Source: Candidatus Multivorans sp.
Lineage (GTDB): Bacteria > Acidobacteriota > Thermoanaerobaculia > Multivoradales > Multivoraceae
DNA length: 64,000 nt
Direction: 5' to 3'
Assembly: GCA_965247095.1 (NCBI GenBank)
Contig: OZ251997.1
Location: forward strand, 768,001 to 832,000
Each line of letters opens with the position of its first letter. Within the stretch, counting starts at the first letter, position 1. The position numbers and the translations under genes are program-made. The notes under the pieces are model-generated. The model saw nothing but the letters and a program-made list of their open reading frames with translations. It was not told the DNA's origin and ran no database searches. Below are positions 1 through 9,473 of the stretch, piece after piece.

Positions 1-200
1 TGCGCTGCATACAGACGGCTGACGGCGCGCGGGCCGATCTCGCGTCCGATCGCCGCCCAGTAGCTCTCTTCGTTCGTCCGGCGGACGACCCGGCGAACGT
101 TCAGCCCCCACGTGCTCTGCCCGGGGTCGAAGCGCAGGGTCGAGAAGGGGATCGCGACCTCGGCCTGCCAGCCCTCTGTCGTTCTCCTGGCCCCAGCCAC
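1..200 (-). pseudogene. 5'-truncated remnant of a CBM9-like/DUF5916-type protein (runs off window start)
   Basis: Manual minus-strand translation gives EGWQAEVAIPFSTLRFDPGQSTWGLNVRRVVRRTNEESYW, resembling the middle of this family; no ATG in frame back to the TAG at 267-269. Confidence 0.55.
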
Positions 201-266
201 CGGGGCTTGGCGGGCGTTGAGGCTGCCTGACGCGCCTGCCGGTGCTCCCGACCACTGCTCCTCTGC

Positions 267-2126
267 CTAGACCGACTTCGTCCGCTCGCCTGCCAGGCTG
301 TACTCCTGGTGCCAGGTCGAGTCGCCGCCGTCGCCCTTGCGGTCAACGACCACGTCGACGAGGAAGGGTTCGCCGGCGCGCGTGGCCTCGATGCCGCGAC
401 GGATCGCGGGGCGGAGGTCGGCCGCCGACTCGACGGTCACGCCGTCGACGCCCTGGCTTCGGGCGAGACCGGCGAAGTCGATGTCGGGATCGCCGAGGTG
501 CATGCCGGTGTAGCGGTTCGCCTCCTTCATCTTGCCGTCGTAGCGGGCGTAGGCGAGGCGGACGGTCTGGTAGTTCCGGTTGTTCGTGACCACGGTGAGC
601 ACGGGCACGCCGTAGCGAGCCTGGGTCCAGAAGCCGGAGGCGCTGTACATCACCGAGCCGTCGCCGATGTTGCAGACGACTTGGCGATCGGGCTGGCCGA
701 GCTTGGCGCCGGTGGCGGCGCCGATGCCCCAGCCGAGCCCGGCGCCGGAGGTGGCGAGCCAGGTCTTCTCGTTGTCGCGGTGGCCGGTGGAGAAGAACTG
801 GTTCGAACCGCTGAGGTTCTCGCTGACGATGATCGCGTTCGGATCGAGCTCGGCTTCGAGCACGTGGCCGAGCTCGTCGGCGTGGATCGGACTGCGGCCG
901 ACGTTCGCCTGGTCGAGCTGGGGCGGCTTGCGCGCGGGATCCGGGCGCGAGGCGCGGATCTTATTGCGCCGCTCCTCCGTGGTCAGCGATTCGACCGCTT
1001 CGATCAGGGCTTCGGCGGCCAGCTTCGTGTTCGCGACGAGGGCGCGGCCGAACGGCCGGTCGCCGCCGATCGCGCCCGTGTTCAGGCCGATCCAGGCGTT
1101 CTGCGAGCCCTCGGCGTCGGGGCCGGCGGCGGCGGTGCCTCCGATGTCGCCGACGCCGATGCGCAGCACGAAGTCGCGGTCGCGGCTGCTGTAGCCGCCG
1201 GCATACAGCGGATGCATGCGCGGGAAGCTGTGGAACGGCCAGTTCACGTCGCCGACGGGTACCTGCAGCAGCTCGGCCAGCTCCAGCACCGCCTGCTGCG
1301 CGCCGGCCTTGCTGACCTCGTCGCCGACGTGGATGATCGGCGCCTCCGCCTCGATCAGCATCCGGGCAACCGCCTCGATGTCCTCGTCCCGGGCCGGAAT
1401 GTCGTCCGGGATGATGAAGGAGGCGCGGTCGTGGATCGCGGCGCTGACTCCCTTGGCCTCCAGGGCGTGGTTGGCCAGTGCGAGGTAGGTCGGGCCGCCG
1501 GGCGCGGTCGTCGCCACCTTGAAGGCGCGGCGGAGCATCACCGGGATCGAGCCGGGGTCGCGGGTCTCCCAGGACATCTTCGTGAACTGACGGTTCACGT
1601 CCTTCTGGTCGAAGCCGGGTCTGGGCGCCAGCAGCAGGTTGTCGTCCTGCATCTCGTTGTCGAGCAGGCCGGCGGTGACGATCAGGGCGGAGCCGTCCCG
1701 GCTCGAGTTGTAGAGCTGGCCGGCGGACTGCGCGGTGCCCGCGATCACGTGAACGTTGACCAGGGCAGGCTCGCCGGAGGCCTTGTGGTAGCCGTCGGCC
1801 ATCGAGATGACGATGCCCTCGTGCAGCCCCATGATGAGCTGCATGCCCGGGCGGTCCAGGAAGGCGTCGAAGAAGCCGACTTCGAACGAGCCGGGGTTCG
1901 TGAACAGGAAGCGGGTGCCGGCAGCGGCCATCTGCTCGACCATCAGCTCGCCGCCGGTACCTTGGGCCCGGCGGCTTCCCGAGTCCGCGTCGGCGTTCGC
2001 CGCGGCTGCCGCCGCGTTGGCGGTGGACTCGGCCACCGTGCCGGTCAGACCGAGCGCGGTCAGGGCCTGAATGAACCCGCGGCGCGAGAGATCGTTGCGG
2101 AGGAAGCGGTAGACCAGTTCGTTCAC
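267..2126 (-). CDS. Thiamine-pyrophosphate-dependent enzyme (benzoylformate decarboxylase/ALS-like) with twin-arginine leader
   Basis: FTNPGSFE, LHEGIVISMADGY and TPP motif GDGSVMY...NN; N-terminal SRRGFI Tat motif; AGGGAGG RBS upstream of GTG. Confidence 0.9.
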   Translation of the reverse strand: MNELVYRFLRNDLSRRGFIQALTALGLTGTVAESTANAAAAAANADADSGSRRAQGTGGELMVEQMAAAGTRFLFTNPGSFEVGFFDAFLDRPGMQLIMGLHEGIVISMADGYHKASGEPALVNVHVIAGTAQSAGQLYNSSRDGSALIVTAGLLDNEMQDDNLLLAPRPGFDQKDVNRQFTKMSWETRDPGSIPVMLRRAFKVATTAPGGPTYLALANHALEAKGVSAAIHDRASFIIPDDIPARDEDIEAVARMLIEAEAPIIHVGDEVSKAGAQQAVLELAELLQVPVGDVNWPFHSFPRMHPLYAGGYSSRDRDFVLRIGVGDIGGTAAAGPDAEGSQNAWIGLNTGAIGGDRPFGRALVANTKLAAEALIEAVESLTTEERRNKIRASRPDPARKPPQLDQANVGRSPIHADELGHVLEAELDPNAIIVSENLSGSNQFFSTGHRDNEKTWLATSGAGLGWGIGAATGAKLGQPDRQVVCNIGDGSVMYSASGFWTQARYGVPVLTVVTNNRNYQTVRLAYARYDGKMKEANRYTGMHLGDPDIDFAGLARSQGVDGVTVESAADLRPAIRRGIEATRAGEPFLVDVVVDRKGDGGDSTWHQEYSLAGERTKSV

Positions 2127-2210
2127 GGTGGGCCTCCCTTGTCGTCAGGATGTGGTTGCGTAAGCGTAGCAGCCGAGCCGGGTGTTCTTGGCGACGCGGA
2201 ACGCATTCGC

Positions 2211-2219
2211 TGCTATGAT
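2211..2219 (+). promoter_or_regulatory. Possible extended -10 promoter for rpmB
   Basis: TGCTATGAT (TGn-TATGAT) about 70 nt upstream of rpmB. Confidence 0.35.
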
Positions 2220-2290
2220 CTCGCGCCCAACGAGACCGCCGCGGCGCCCGAAGCGGGCCTTCAGGACGATGGAGCGGCGATGGAGGCGAC

Positions 2291-2530
2291 ATGCCCAGAA
2301 TCTGCCAGCTCACCGGCAAGAAGCCGCTCAGCGGCCATAACATCTCCCACGCGCACAACGTCACGAACAAGTGGCAGCGGCCGAACATTCAGGCCAAGCG
2401 GCTGTACGTGCCCGAACTCAAGCGGACGATCAAGCTCAAGGTGTCGACGCGCGCCCTACGATCGATCGACAAGAAGGGCCTGGTGCCCTATCTCAAGAGT
2501 CAGGGCCTGACACTGCGCGACATCACGTAG
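2291..2530 (+). CDS. rpmB: 50S ribosomal protein L28
   Basis: MPRICQLTGKKPLSGHNISHAHNVTNKWQRPNIQ...KVSTRALRSIDKKG; GGAGG RBS. Confidence 0.97.
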   Translation: MPRICQLTGKKPLSGHNISHAHNVTNKWQRPNIQAKRLYVPELKRTIKLKVSTRALRSIDKKGLVPYLKSQGLTLRDIT

Positions 2531-2542
2531 GCGGAAGCCGGC

Positions 2543-3994
2543 TCAGGGAGCGGGGTCGGCGGGCGGTTCCTCCGCAGCCGGCGCTGCTTCGCCCTCGTCA
2601 CGGCTGCCCAGATACTCGGGCAGCTTGATCCCGACGTTCTTCGTCAGCTCGTGCAGCGGCGGCAAGGAGCTGATCAGGCCGGAGATGAAGTCCGCTGTAG
2701 CGGTCTTGCCGTTCTCGCCGCGGCCGCTGTCCCACACGGTCACGTTGTCGATCTTGAGGCCCGCGATCGCCTTGACCTGCTCCTCGACCAGTTTTGGCAA
2801 CTGCTCGGTGACCAGCAGGAGCGCCGCGTTGTCGGCGCCGCCGATCGCGTTCACGATGTGGTCGAAGCCTTCGGCCTTCTTCTTGAGCACCGCCTCGATG
2901 CCCGCGGCTTCGGCCTCCATCAGAGCGCGCAGGCCATCGGCCTCGCCCTCCTTCAGTCGCCGGATGCGGTCCGCGTCGGCCTCCGTGAGTGACTGGATGC
3001 CGTCCGCCTCGCCCTTCTTCAGGCGACGGTTGCGTTCCGCCTCGGCCTCGGCCAGCGTGGCCATCTCTTCCTTCTTGATCTCGGCCGGCACGACGACATC
3101 GGCGCGCTGTGTGGCCTGTTCGCGGCTGGCGCGCGCGACTTCGGACTCTTCCTGGGCGGCGTATGCCTCCTGCAGCGCCTGCGCTGCCTTGACCTTCTCG
3201 GCGGCGGACGCGTTGCGCTCGGCCTCGGCCTCTTCCTTTCTTCGACTGGAGCCGGACTGGGCCACCCGCACGGCGGACTCGTTCTCCCCCTCCTGAGCCG
3301 TCGCCAGGGACCGGGCGACCTGGATGCGGCGGTCGCGCTCCGCGGCCGCGGCGCCGACCGCGCCGTCGCGCTCCTTCTCGGCGACCTTGACCTTCGCCTC
3401 GTTGATCGCCCGCGCGGCGGCCTCCTTGCCGAGCGCGTCGATGTAGCCGGACTCGTCCGTGATGTCCTGGATGTTCACGTTGATCAGCCGCAGGCCGACC
3501 TTCTTGAGCTCGACCTCGACGCCGTTCGAGATGTTCTCGATCAGCTTGTCGCGGTCGGCGTTGATCTCCTCGATCGGCATGGTCGCCAGGACGACCCGCA
3601 TCTGGCCGAAGATGATGTCGCGCGCGAGCGCGGAGATGCGATCCATCTGCATGCCCAGCACACGCTCGGCGGCGTTCTCCATCACCCCGGGCTCGGTCGA
3701 GATGCCGACCGTGAACGTCGAGGGGCAGTTGACCCGGATGTTCTGCTTGGAGAGCGCGCCGGTCAGGTTGATGTCCATCGTCATCGGCTCGAGATCGAGG
3801 AATTGGTGCGCCTGCAGCATCGGAATGATGAAGGCGGCGCCGCCGTGGTAGCACTTCGCCGAACCGGTGCCGCCGATCTTGCCGTAGACCACGAGAATGC
3901 GGTCCGACGGGCAGCGGCGGTAGCGGCTCGAGAGCGAGAAGATGAGGATGAGGCCCGCCGCTAAGGCGGACAGGATGAGGATGATCAGGTCCAC
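2543..3994 (-). CDS. Flotillin/SPFH domain membrane protein
   Basis: N-terminal TM, SPFH core (EEINADRDK, GLRLINVNIQDITD), Ala/Glu-rich coiled coil. Confidence 0.92.
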   Translation of the reverse strand: MDLIILILSALAAGLILIFSLSSRYRRCPSDRILVVYGKIGGTGSAKCYHGGAAFIIPMLQAHQFLDLEPMTMDINLTGALSKQNIRVNCPSTFTVGISTEPGVMENAAERVLGMQMDRISALARDIIFGQMRVVLATMPIEEINADRDKLIENISNGVEVELKKVGLRLINVNIQDITDESGYIDALGKEAAARAINEAKVKVAEKERDGAVGAAAAERDRRIQVARSLATAQEGENESAVRVAQSGSSRRKEEAEAERNASAAEKVKAAQALQEAYAAQEESEVARASREQATQRADVVVPAEIKKEEMATLAEAEAERNRRLKKGEADGIQSLTEADADRIRRLKEGEADGLRALMEAEAAGIEAVLKKKAEGFDHIVNAIGGADNAALLLVTEQLPKLVEEQVKAIAGLKIDNVTVWDSGRGENGKTATADFISGLISSLPPLHELTKNVGIKLPEYLGSRDEGEAAPAAEEPPADPAP

Positions 3995-4017
3995 GTGTTG
4001 ATTCTCCTAACGGATTA

Positions 4018-4644
4018 CTATTGTTCGTGCCGGTGTTGCCCGTGGCTGGCGCCGGATGCGGGCGAGACGCCCGCGTTCCCAGGTTCGGCGTCCAGAGGCG
4101 CGACCAGCAGGGTGTTGGGATCGAGGATGTCGACCACGCGGATGCGGGTCAGGGTGGGCAGGTCGGTGTCGTGGCGCGTCATCGCGGCGACCGTCCGCAG
4201 CCTGCCCTGGACCAGCACTTCGACCTGGCCGGGCTTCCTGAGACGGGCGCCGATCGGCGCGTAGACCTTGCCGGCTACGCCGACGGCGTTCTGGTAGTCC
4301 ACCGTGCCGCTGTGGCGCAGGCTCATCATGACGCGCATGATCAGGATCAGGATGCCGGCAAAGAGAAGACCGACGACGGTGCCGCCGATCGACGCGGCCA
4401 CGGTCGAATAGCCGGCCCGCATCAACACGACCCCGGTCCAGCCGAAGCCGGCCAAGAAACCGCTGACCGTCCGCATCGAGAGCAGGGAAGTGCCTTCGCC
4501 GTCGGCGGCGTCGAGCAGATCGTCGAGCCCGAAGACGGTGAGGACGACCTGAATCAGGAGGGCCAGGGCGGAGACGATGCCGAGTGCGTAGAAGACGCGG
4601 TACGCCCCTTCCAGTGAGCCCCACCAGTTGCTGACTGCCTCCAT
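4018..4644 (-). CDS. NfeD-like membrane protein (flotillin partner)
   Basis: TM helices plus OB-fold C-terminus (GKVYAPI...GQVEVLVQGRLRTVAA); adjacent to flotillin; ATG 4644 follows GGAGAGGGAG. Confidence 0.85.
   Translation of the reverse strand: MEAVSNWWGSLEGAYRVFYALGIVSALALLIQVVLTVFGLDDLLDAADGEGTSLLSMRTVSGFLAGFGWTGVVLMRAGYSTVAASIGGTVVGLLFAGILILIMRVMMSLRHSGTVDYQNAVGVAGKVYAPIGARLRKPGQVEVLVQGRLRTVAAMTRHDTDLPTLTRIRVVDILDPNTLLVAPLDAEPGNAGVSPASGASHGQHRHEQ
4054..4083 (-). repeat. REP-like palindrome CCTGGGAACGCGGGCGTCTCGCCCGCATCC inside the nfeD 3' end
   Basis: Closely matches copies at 61761-61788 and 61818-61840; GCGGGC...GCCCGC stem. Confidence 0.7.
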
Positions 4645-4690
4645 CGCTCCCTCTCCTTCTACGTGACTTTGGAGTCGTTTGTTGACGACA

Positions 4691-6040
4691 CTATGCGCTG
4701 TTCCCAGCCCGTTCGATGCCGCGCGCCTCATCGACCCGGAGCAGCAGCAGGCCGCCGACCAGGAAGAACACCAGAACGACCGCGATGCCGGCGCGCTGCC
4801 CGTAGCCGGCGGTGATGAGACCCAGCAGCAACGGGCCCAGAAACGCCGTCGCCTTGCCCGAAAAGGCGAAGAAGCCGAAGAACTCGGACTCGTAGCGCTT
4901 GGGCGCGAAGCGCCCCATCAACGACCGGCTCGCGGACTGGTTGGGACCCATGAACAGGCCCAGCACCAGCGCCGCGGCCCAGAACCAGGTCCGGTTCGGC
5001 GCCGCGACCGCGACCAGGGAGCAGACGAACAGGCCGATCAGGCTCCAGAGCACAGTGGCGCGGCCGCCTACCCGGTCGTCGACGAGGCCGAACAGGAACG
5101 CGCCCAGCCCGGCCGCCACGTTCAGCGCGATCCCGAACACGATCACTTCGCTGGTGTCCATGCCGAAGGTGCCGGCGGCGTAGACGCCGCCGAAGGCGAA
5201 CACGGTGATCAGGCCGTCGTTGTAGATCAGGCGCGCGACCAGGAAGCGGACAATGTCCTTGAAGTCACGGATCCGGGTCAGGGTGCGGCGGAGATCCTGG
5301 AAGACCCTGCGGACGGATGCGACTGCGCTGCCGGCGGACGTACCGGCACGCGGCGGGGCCTCATCGCGCAGCAGGACGAGCGCAGGCAGGCTGAAGAGCA
5401 GGAACCAAACCCCTACCAGCAGGTTCGAGGCGCGGATGTTGAAGCCGTCCTCGGTGCTGAGCGGAAGCCATGGCGCGCCCTCGCCGAGACCGATCAGCCC
5501 AAGCAGCGCGACGACCAGGCAAACCAGGCCGCCGGCGTAGCCGAGCCCCCAGGCGTAGCCCGAGATCCGTCCGATCGTCCGGGGCGTCGACAACTGGGGG
5601 AGGAAGGAGTTGTAGAACACCATGCCGACCTCGAAACCGACGTTCGCGATCACGAACAGCGCGAGTGCCGCCACAACGGCGTTGCCGCTTCCCGGGACGA
5701 CGAAGGTCAGCCAGGCGGTGGCGCCGACCGAGACCAGGGTGGCAACGGTCAGAAAGCGGCGGCGAAGGCCCGAGCGGTCCGCCATCGCCCCCAGCACCGG
5801 TGCGATCAGGGCGATGAGCAGGGAACTGATCGTGATCCCCCGCGACCACAGGGCAGTGCCCCGGTCCGCGTCTTCGGCAAACGTCTGCGAGAAGTAGGTC
5901 GCGTAGACGAAGGTCACCACGAGGGTGGTGAAGGCGGAGTTGGCCCAGTCGTAGACACACCAGGACGCCACCACCCCACGGCGGGCGGCGGGCTTCGATC
6001 CGCTGCCGCGGCTATCTAGAACGGTTCGTCCTCCCACCAC
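4691..6040 (-). CDS. MFS transporter, UMF1/Atg22-like family (start uncertain)
   Basis: WCVYDWANSAF, FYNSFLP, GPNQSASRSLM motifs; about 12 TM segments. Confidence 0.9.
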   Translation of the reverse strand: MVGGRTVLDSRGSGSKPAARRGVVASWCVYDWANSAFTTLVVTFVYATYFSQTFAEDADRGTALWSRGITISSLLIALIAPVLGAMADRSGLRRRFLTVATLVSVGATAWLTFVVPGSGNAVVAALALFVIANVGFEVGMVFYNSFLPQLSTPRTIGRISGYAWGLGYAGGLVCLVVALLGLIGLGEGAPWLPLSTEDGFNIRASNLLVGVWFLLFSLPALVLLRDEAPPRAGTSAGSAVASVRRVFQDLRRTLTRIRDFKDIVRFLVARLIYNDGLITVFAFGGVYAAGTFGMDTSEVIVFGIALNVAAGLGAFLFGLVDDRVGGRATVLWSLIGLFVCSLVAVAAPNRTWFWAAALVLGLFMGPNQSASRSLMGRFAPKRYESEFFGFFAFSGKATAFLGPLLLGLITAGYGQRAGIAVVLVFFLVGGLLLLRVDEARGIERAGNSA

Positions 6041-6873
6041 GGGAAGTAGGGCGGCATGTCGGAGCTGACCTTCATCGGGAACTCGGCCGATCGCTTCTCG
6101 AGGAAGGAGGTGACGCCCTCTCTCGCGTCGTCGCTCCTGCCGCGCGTGTAGATGCCCTTCGACTCGACCCGGTGCGCGGCCATCGGCGATGGGGCGTCAA
6201 GCCCCTTCCACAGCATGTGCCGGGTGAGCGCAACCGACACCGGCGAGGTGTTCGCGGCGATCTCCGAGGCGAGTCCGCGGGCCGCCGGCAGCAGCTCGTC
6301 GGGCGGCAGGACACGGCTGACGAGACCGGCTTCGAGCGCCTCGGCGGCGGGGAACACACGCCCGGTCAGCGCCCACTCGGAGGCTTTGCCCATGCCCACC
6401 AGGCGGGGCAGAAAGTAGCTGCTGCAGGCCTCGGGCACCATGCCTCGGCGGACGAAGACGAAGCCCATTCGCGCCTCGGTCGAGGCCAGCCGGATGTCCA
6501 TCGGCAGGGTCATCGTGATCCCGATGCCGACCGCGGGGCCGTTGATCGCGGCGATGACCGGCTTGCGCGCCTTGTAGATCGCTAGCGCCAGAATGCCGCC
6601 GCCGTCACGGTAGGTGTCGATGCCCGCCTCCGGATGGGAGAACGTGTCGCCGCCGGAGGCCAGATCGGCGCCGGCGCAGAAGCCGCGCCCTTCGCCGGTG
6701 ACGATCACCGCGCGTACCGAATCGTCGCCGTCGGCGCGTTCGAGAGCGTCGATCATCTCCCGCATCATGTGGCCGTTGAAGGCGTTCAGGCGCTCGGGAC
6801 GATTCAGCGTCATCACCAGCACGCCGTCGTCTGTGTCGTAGCGGATCGTTTCGTAAGTGGGTTCCTGGGGCAT
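6016..6873 (-). CDS. Enoyl-CoA hydratase/isomerase (crotonase) family
   Basis: TLNRPERLNAF, FCAGADL, KPVIAAINGPAVGIG; probable start MPQEPTY at 6873. Confidence 0.93.
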   Translation of the reverse strand: MPQEPTYETIRYDTDDGVLVMTLNRPERLNAFNGHMMREMIDALERADGDDSVRAVIVTGEGRGFCAGADLASGGDTFSHPEAGIDTYRDGGGILALAIYKARKPVIAAINGPAVGIGITMTLPMDIRLASTEARMGFVFVRRGMVPEACSSYFLPRLVGMGKASEWALTGRVFPAAEALEAGLVSRVLPPDELLPAARGLASEIAANTSPVSVALTRHMLWKGLDAPSPMAAHRVESKGIYTRGRSDDAREGVTSFLEKRSAEFPMKVSSDMPPYFPWWEDEPF

Positions 6874-6902
6874 CTCGTCGTTCCTGCTGTCTACGTCCGC
6901 CG

Positions 6903-8162
6903 CTAGATGCCGGGCACCGGGAAGCGCAGGCAGAATCTCTCGATGTCCTGCCGCATGGCGTCCAGCCGTTCGTCGTCGCCGTGCCGTCGCAACGCGTCGA
7001 CGATCCACTCGGCGAGCAGCTTCATCTCGACTTCTTCCATGCCCCGCGTGGTCGCCGCGGGACTGCCGAGCCGGATGCCGCTCGGCCTGAGCGGCGGCCG
7101 GGGGTCGTCGGGGATGAGTTGCTTGTTCACCGTGATCGACACCTTGTCGAGGGTCTCTTCGGCGACGCGTCCGTCGATGCCGTAGCTCTTCTCGGTGTCG
7201 AGCACCATCATGTGGTTGTCGGTGCCGCCCGTCACCAGTTCGGCGCCCCGGTTGATCAGTTCCTCGGCCAGCACCTTCGCGTTGGTCAGCACCTGCCGGG
7301 CGTAGACCGCGAACTCGGGCTCGAGCGCCTTGCCGAGGGTGATCGCCAGCGCCGCCACGGCGTTCATGTGGGGTCCGCCCTGGAGGCCCGGGAACACCGC
7401 CTTGTCGATCTTCCGGCGGTGCTCCGCGCGGCAGAGGATCAGGCCGCTGCGGGGCCCGCGCAGGGTCTTGTGGCCGGTCGTCGTCATCACGTCGAAACCG
7501 TGGTCCATCGGGTTGGACATCGCGTTGCCGGCGATCAGACCGCCGATGTGCGATACATCGGCCATCGTGAGCGCGCCGACGTCGTCCGCGATCCGCTTGA
7601 ACTCGCGGTAGTCGTAGTCCCGCGGATAGGACGAGTAGCCGCAGAGGATCATCTTCGGCTGGTGCTCGCGGGCCTGGCCGAGTAGAGCGTCGAAGTCGAT
7701 CGCGCCGGCGTTGTCGGGATCCGTCTTGTAGCGGATGAAGTTGAAGACCCTGCCCATGTGGGACACCGGCGCCCCGTGCGTCAGGTGGCCACCGTGCGAA
7801 AGGTCCATCGCCAGCACCGTGTCGCCGGGGTCGAGGAACGCGAAGTAGGCCGCCTGGTTCATCGGCGAGCCCGAGAGCGCCTGCACGTTCGCGTGCTCGG
7901 CCCTGAACACCCGGCAGGCGCGTTCGATGGCCAGCCGCTCGACCGCGTCGGTGAACTCCTGCCCGCCGTAGTAGCGGCGGCCGGGGTAGCCCTCGGCGTA
8001 CTTGTTGGTCAGCACCGAGCCGTTGGCCGCGAACACCTCGGGGTAGGTGTAGTTCTCCGATGGAATCAGCTCGACGCCGCGTCGTTCGCGGTCTTCCTCG
8101 CCAATAATCGCCGCCCAGACCGCTGGATCGTTGCGCGCCAGCGCCTGTCGGTTGGAATCCAC
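6903..8162 (-). CDS. glyA: Serine hydroxymethyltransferase
   Basis: ELIPSEN, TNKYAEGYPGRRYYGG, GGHLTHG, TTTGHKTLRGPR, FPGLQGGP. Confidence 0.97.
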   Translation of the reverse strand: MDSNRQALARNDPAVWAAIIGEEDRERRGVELIPSENYTYPEVFAANGSVLTNKYAEGYPGRRYYGGQEFTDAVERLAIERACRVFRAEHANVQALSGSPMNQAAYFAFLDPGDTVLAMDLSHGGHLTHGAPVSHMGRVFNFIRYKTDPDNAGAIDFDALLGQAREHQPKMILCGYSSYPRDYDYREFKRIADDVGALTMADVSHIGGLIAGNAMSNPMDHGFDVMTTTGHKTLRGPRSGLILCRAEHRRKIDKAVFPGLQGGPHMNAVAALAITLGKALEPEFAVYARQVLTNAKVLAEELINRGAELVTGGTDNHMMVLDTEKSYGIDGRVAEETLDKVSITVNKQLIPDDPRPPLRPSGIRLGSPAATTRGMEEVEMKLLAEWIVDALRRHGDDERLDAMRQDIERFCLRFPVPGI

Positions 8163-8219
8163 TGCGCTTGTGCTACTTCCCGGCCCGGGCCGGGGCTGAA
8201 CTCCGATCCGCCGTAGCCC

Positions 8220-8846
8220 TTACTGGACGGCCGCCTTGGCGGCCTCGAGCAGGACGGTTTCCGGCAGGCGAACCCTGTAGTCCGGATTCACGTAGTGGAA
8301 AGCGATCCGACCCTCGGTATCGAGCACGAAGACGGCAGGCACGGGCAGCATGTGGTGATCGTCCCCGGCGTAGTCTTCGAGGTCGAGCTTGTAGGACTCC
8401 CTGTAGCTCCGAACGATCTCCTCGTCGCGGAAGGCGATCCCGAACGCCTGCGAGGCCTTCATGCCCCGGTCGGAGAGCAGCCGGTACTTCAGCTCGTTCT
8501 TGTGGACGGTGGCCTGCAGTTGGTCCGCGATATCTGGTGAGATGGCGAACAACTGGTAGCCGAGGTTGATCAGATCCTGCTCGATTTCTTGCAACTGACC
8601 CAGTTGCGTATTGCAGTACGGTCACCAACCGCCGCGGTAGAAGATCAGGATCGTCGGCTTGGCCTTGGCCTCGGCGGCAAGGTCGACGACGCCGCCGTCC
8701 GCGGTGGGAAGTTGGACCTCGGGAACTGCACTGCCGACCAGAAGCGGTCGGATGCCGTCTGCCGACGTGGGAACATCGGCGGCCGAGGCGGAAGTAGCGG
8801 TGGCGCAGAGGAGAGCCGCGCCGGCAAGAATCGTCTGGGTTCTCAT
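8220..8846 (-). CDS. Selenocysteine-containing AhpC/TSA (peroxiredoxin-like) protein with signal peptide; in-frame TGA at 8622-8624
   Basis: ORFs 8622-8888 and 8220-8594 are one frame: FYRGGW-TGA-PYCNTQLGQLQEIE (UxxC in place of CxxC); LPVPAVFVLD...FHYVNPDY C-terminus. Confidence 0.9.
8591..8607 (-). promoter_or_regulatory. Bacterial SECIS hairpin
   Basis: GCAACTG-GGT-CAGTTGC perfect 7-bp stem with G-starting loop, 14 nt after the UGA. Confidence 0.8.
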
Positions 8847-8964
8847 GCGCGGCAGGGTATCACGCGGCCACTGTGCCGGAAGCGCCAATTCGCAGCGGCG
8901 GGCTTGATCCCTGCCGCGGTTGACGCACCGCTACCGGGTCCGCATACTCGCCGCGGTCCGGCCC

Positions 8965-9444
8965 ATGAACCATGACACCTACCGCAGCCTGATCGGCCGC
9001 TTCGCCACCGGCGTGACGGTGGTGACGACGAACGTCGGCGGCCGCCTGCACGGCATGACCGCGAACGCGGTGTGCTCGCTGTCGCTCGACCCGTTGCAGT
9101 TGCTCGTCTGTGTCGACCGAGAGTCGAATTGCTACGTGCAGATGCAGCGAGCGGAGGCCTTCGGCATCAACATCCTCGCCGCCGACCAGGAGGACATCTC
9201 CAACCGGTTCGCTCGCACCACGGAACCCACCGATGGCTCCCTGCTGGGTGTGGACTACCGGCTCGGCAGCCTGGGTGAACCCCTGATCGAGAATGCGCTG
9301 GTCCACCTAGAGTGCCGGATCGCGGAGCGTATCTGTGGCGGCGACCACATCATCGTGATCGGTGACGTGGTGGCCGGCGGGCAGGTGCGGGAGGCCGAAC
9401 CGTTGCTCTTCTACGGCGGCCGCTACGCCAGATTGGGAGATTGA
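8965..9444 (+). CDS. Flavin reductase family protein
   Basis: FATGVTVVTT, GMTANAVCSLSLDP, GGDHIIVIG, PLLFYGGRY. Confidence 0.93.
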   Translation: MNHDTYRSLIGRFATGVTVVTTNVGGRLHGMTANAVCSLSLDPLQLLVCVDRESNCYVQMQRAEAFGINILAADQEDISNRFARTTEPTDGSLLGVDYRLGSLGEPLIENALVHLECRIAERICGGDHIIVIGDVVAGGQVREAEPLLFYGGRYARLGD

Positions 9445-9473
9445 GCTCGTCCAGGCGCCGGCCAGTGCGGTCG

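Noticed and set aside
2127-2290. TPP riboswitch upstream of the TPP enzyme
   Set aside because: No CTGAGA core or other THI-box features seen on the minus strand.
309-2510. Long antisense or alternate-frame ORFs (e.g. 309-2510, 25687-28173, 55095-57167, 14633-16249)
   Set aside because: Shadows of real genes in high-GC DNA; Arg/Gly/Ala-rich with no motifs, while the overlapping frame has clear family signatures.
8220-8888. Peroxiredoxin as a nonsense pseudogene or two genes
   Set aside because: TGA falls exactly on the redox Cys position and is followed by a SECIS-like hairpin.
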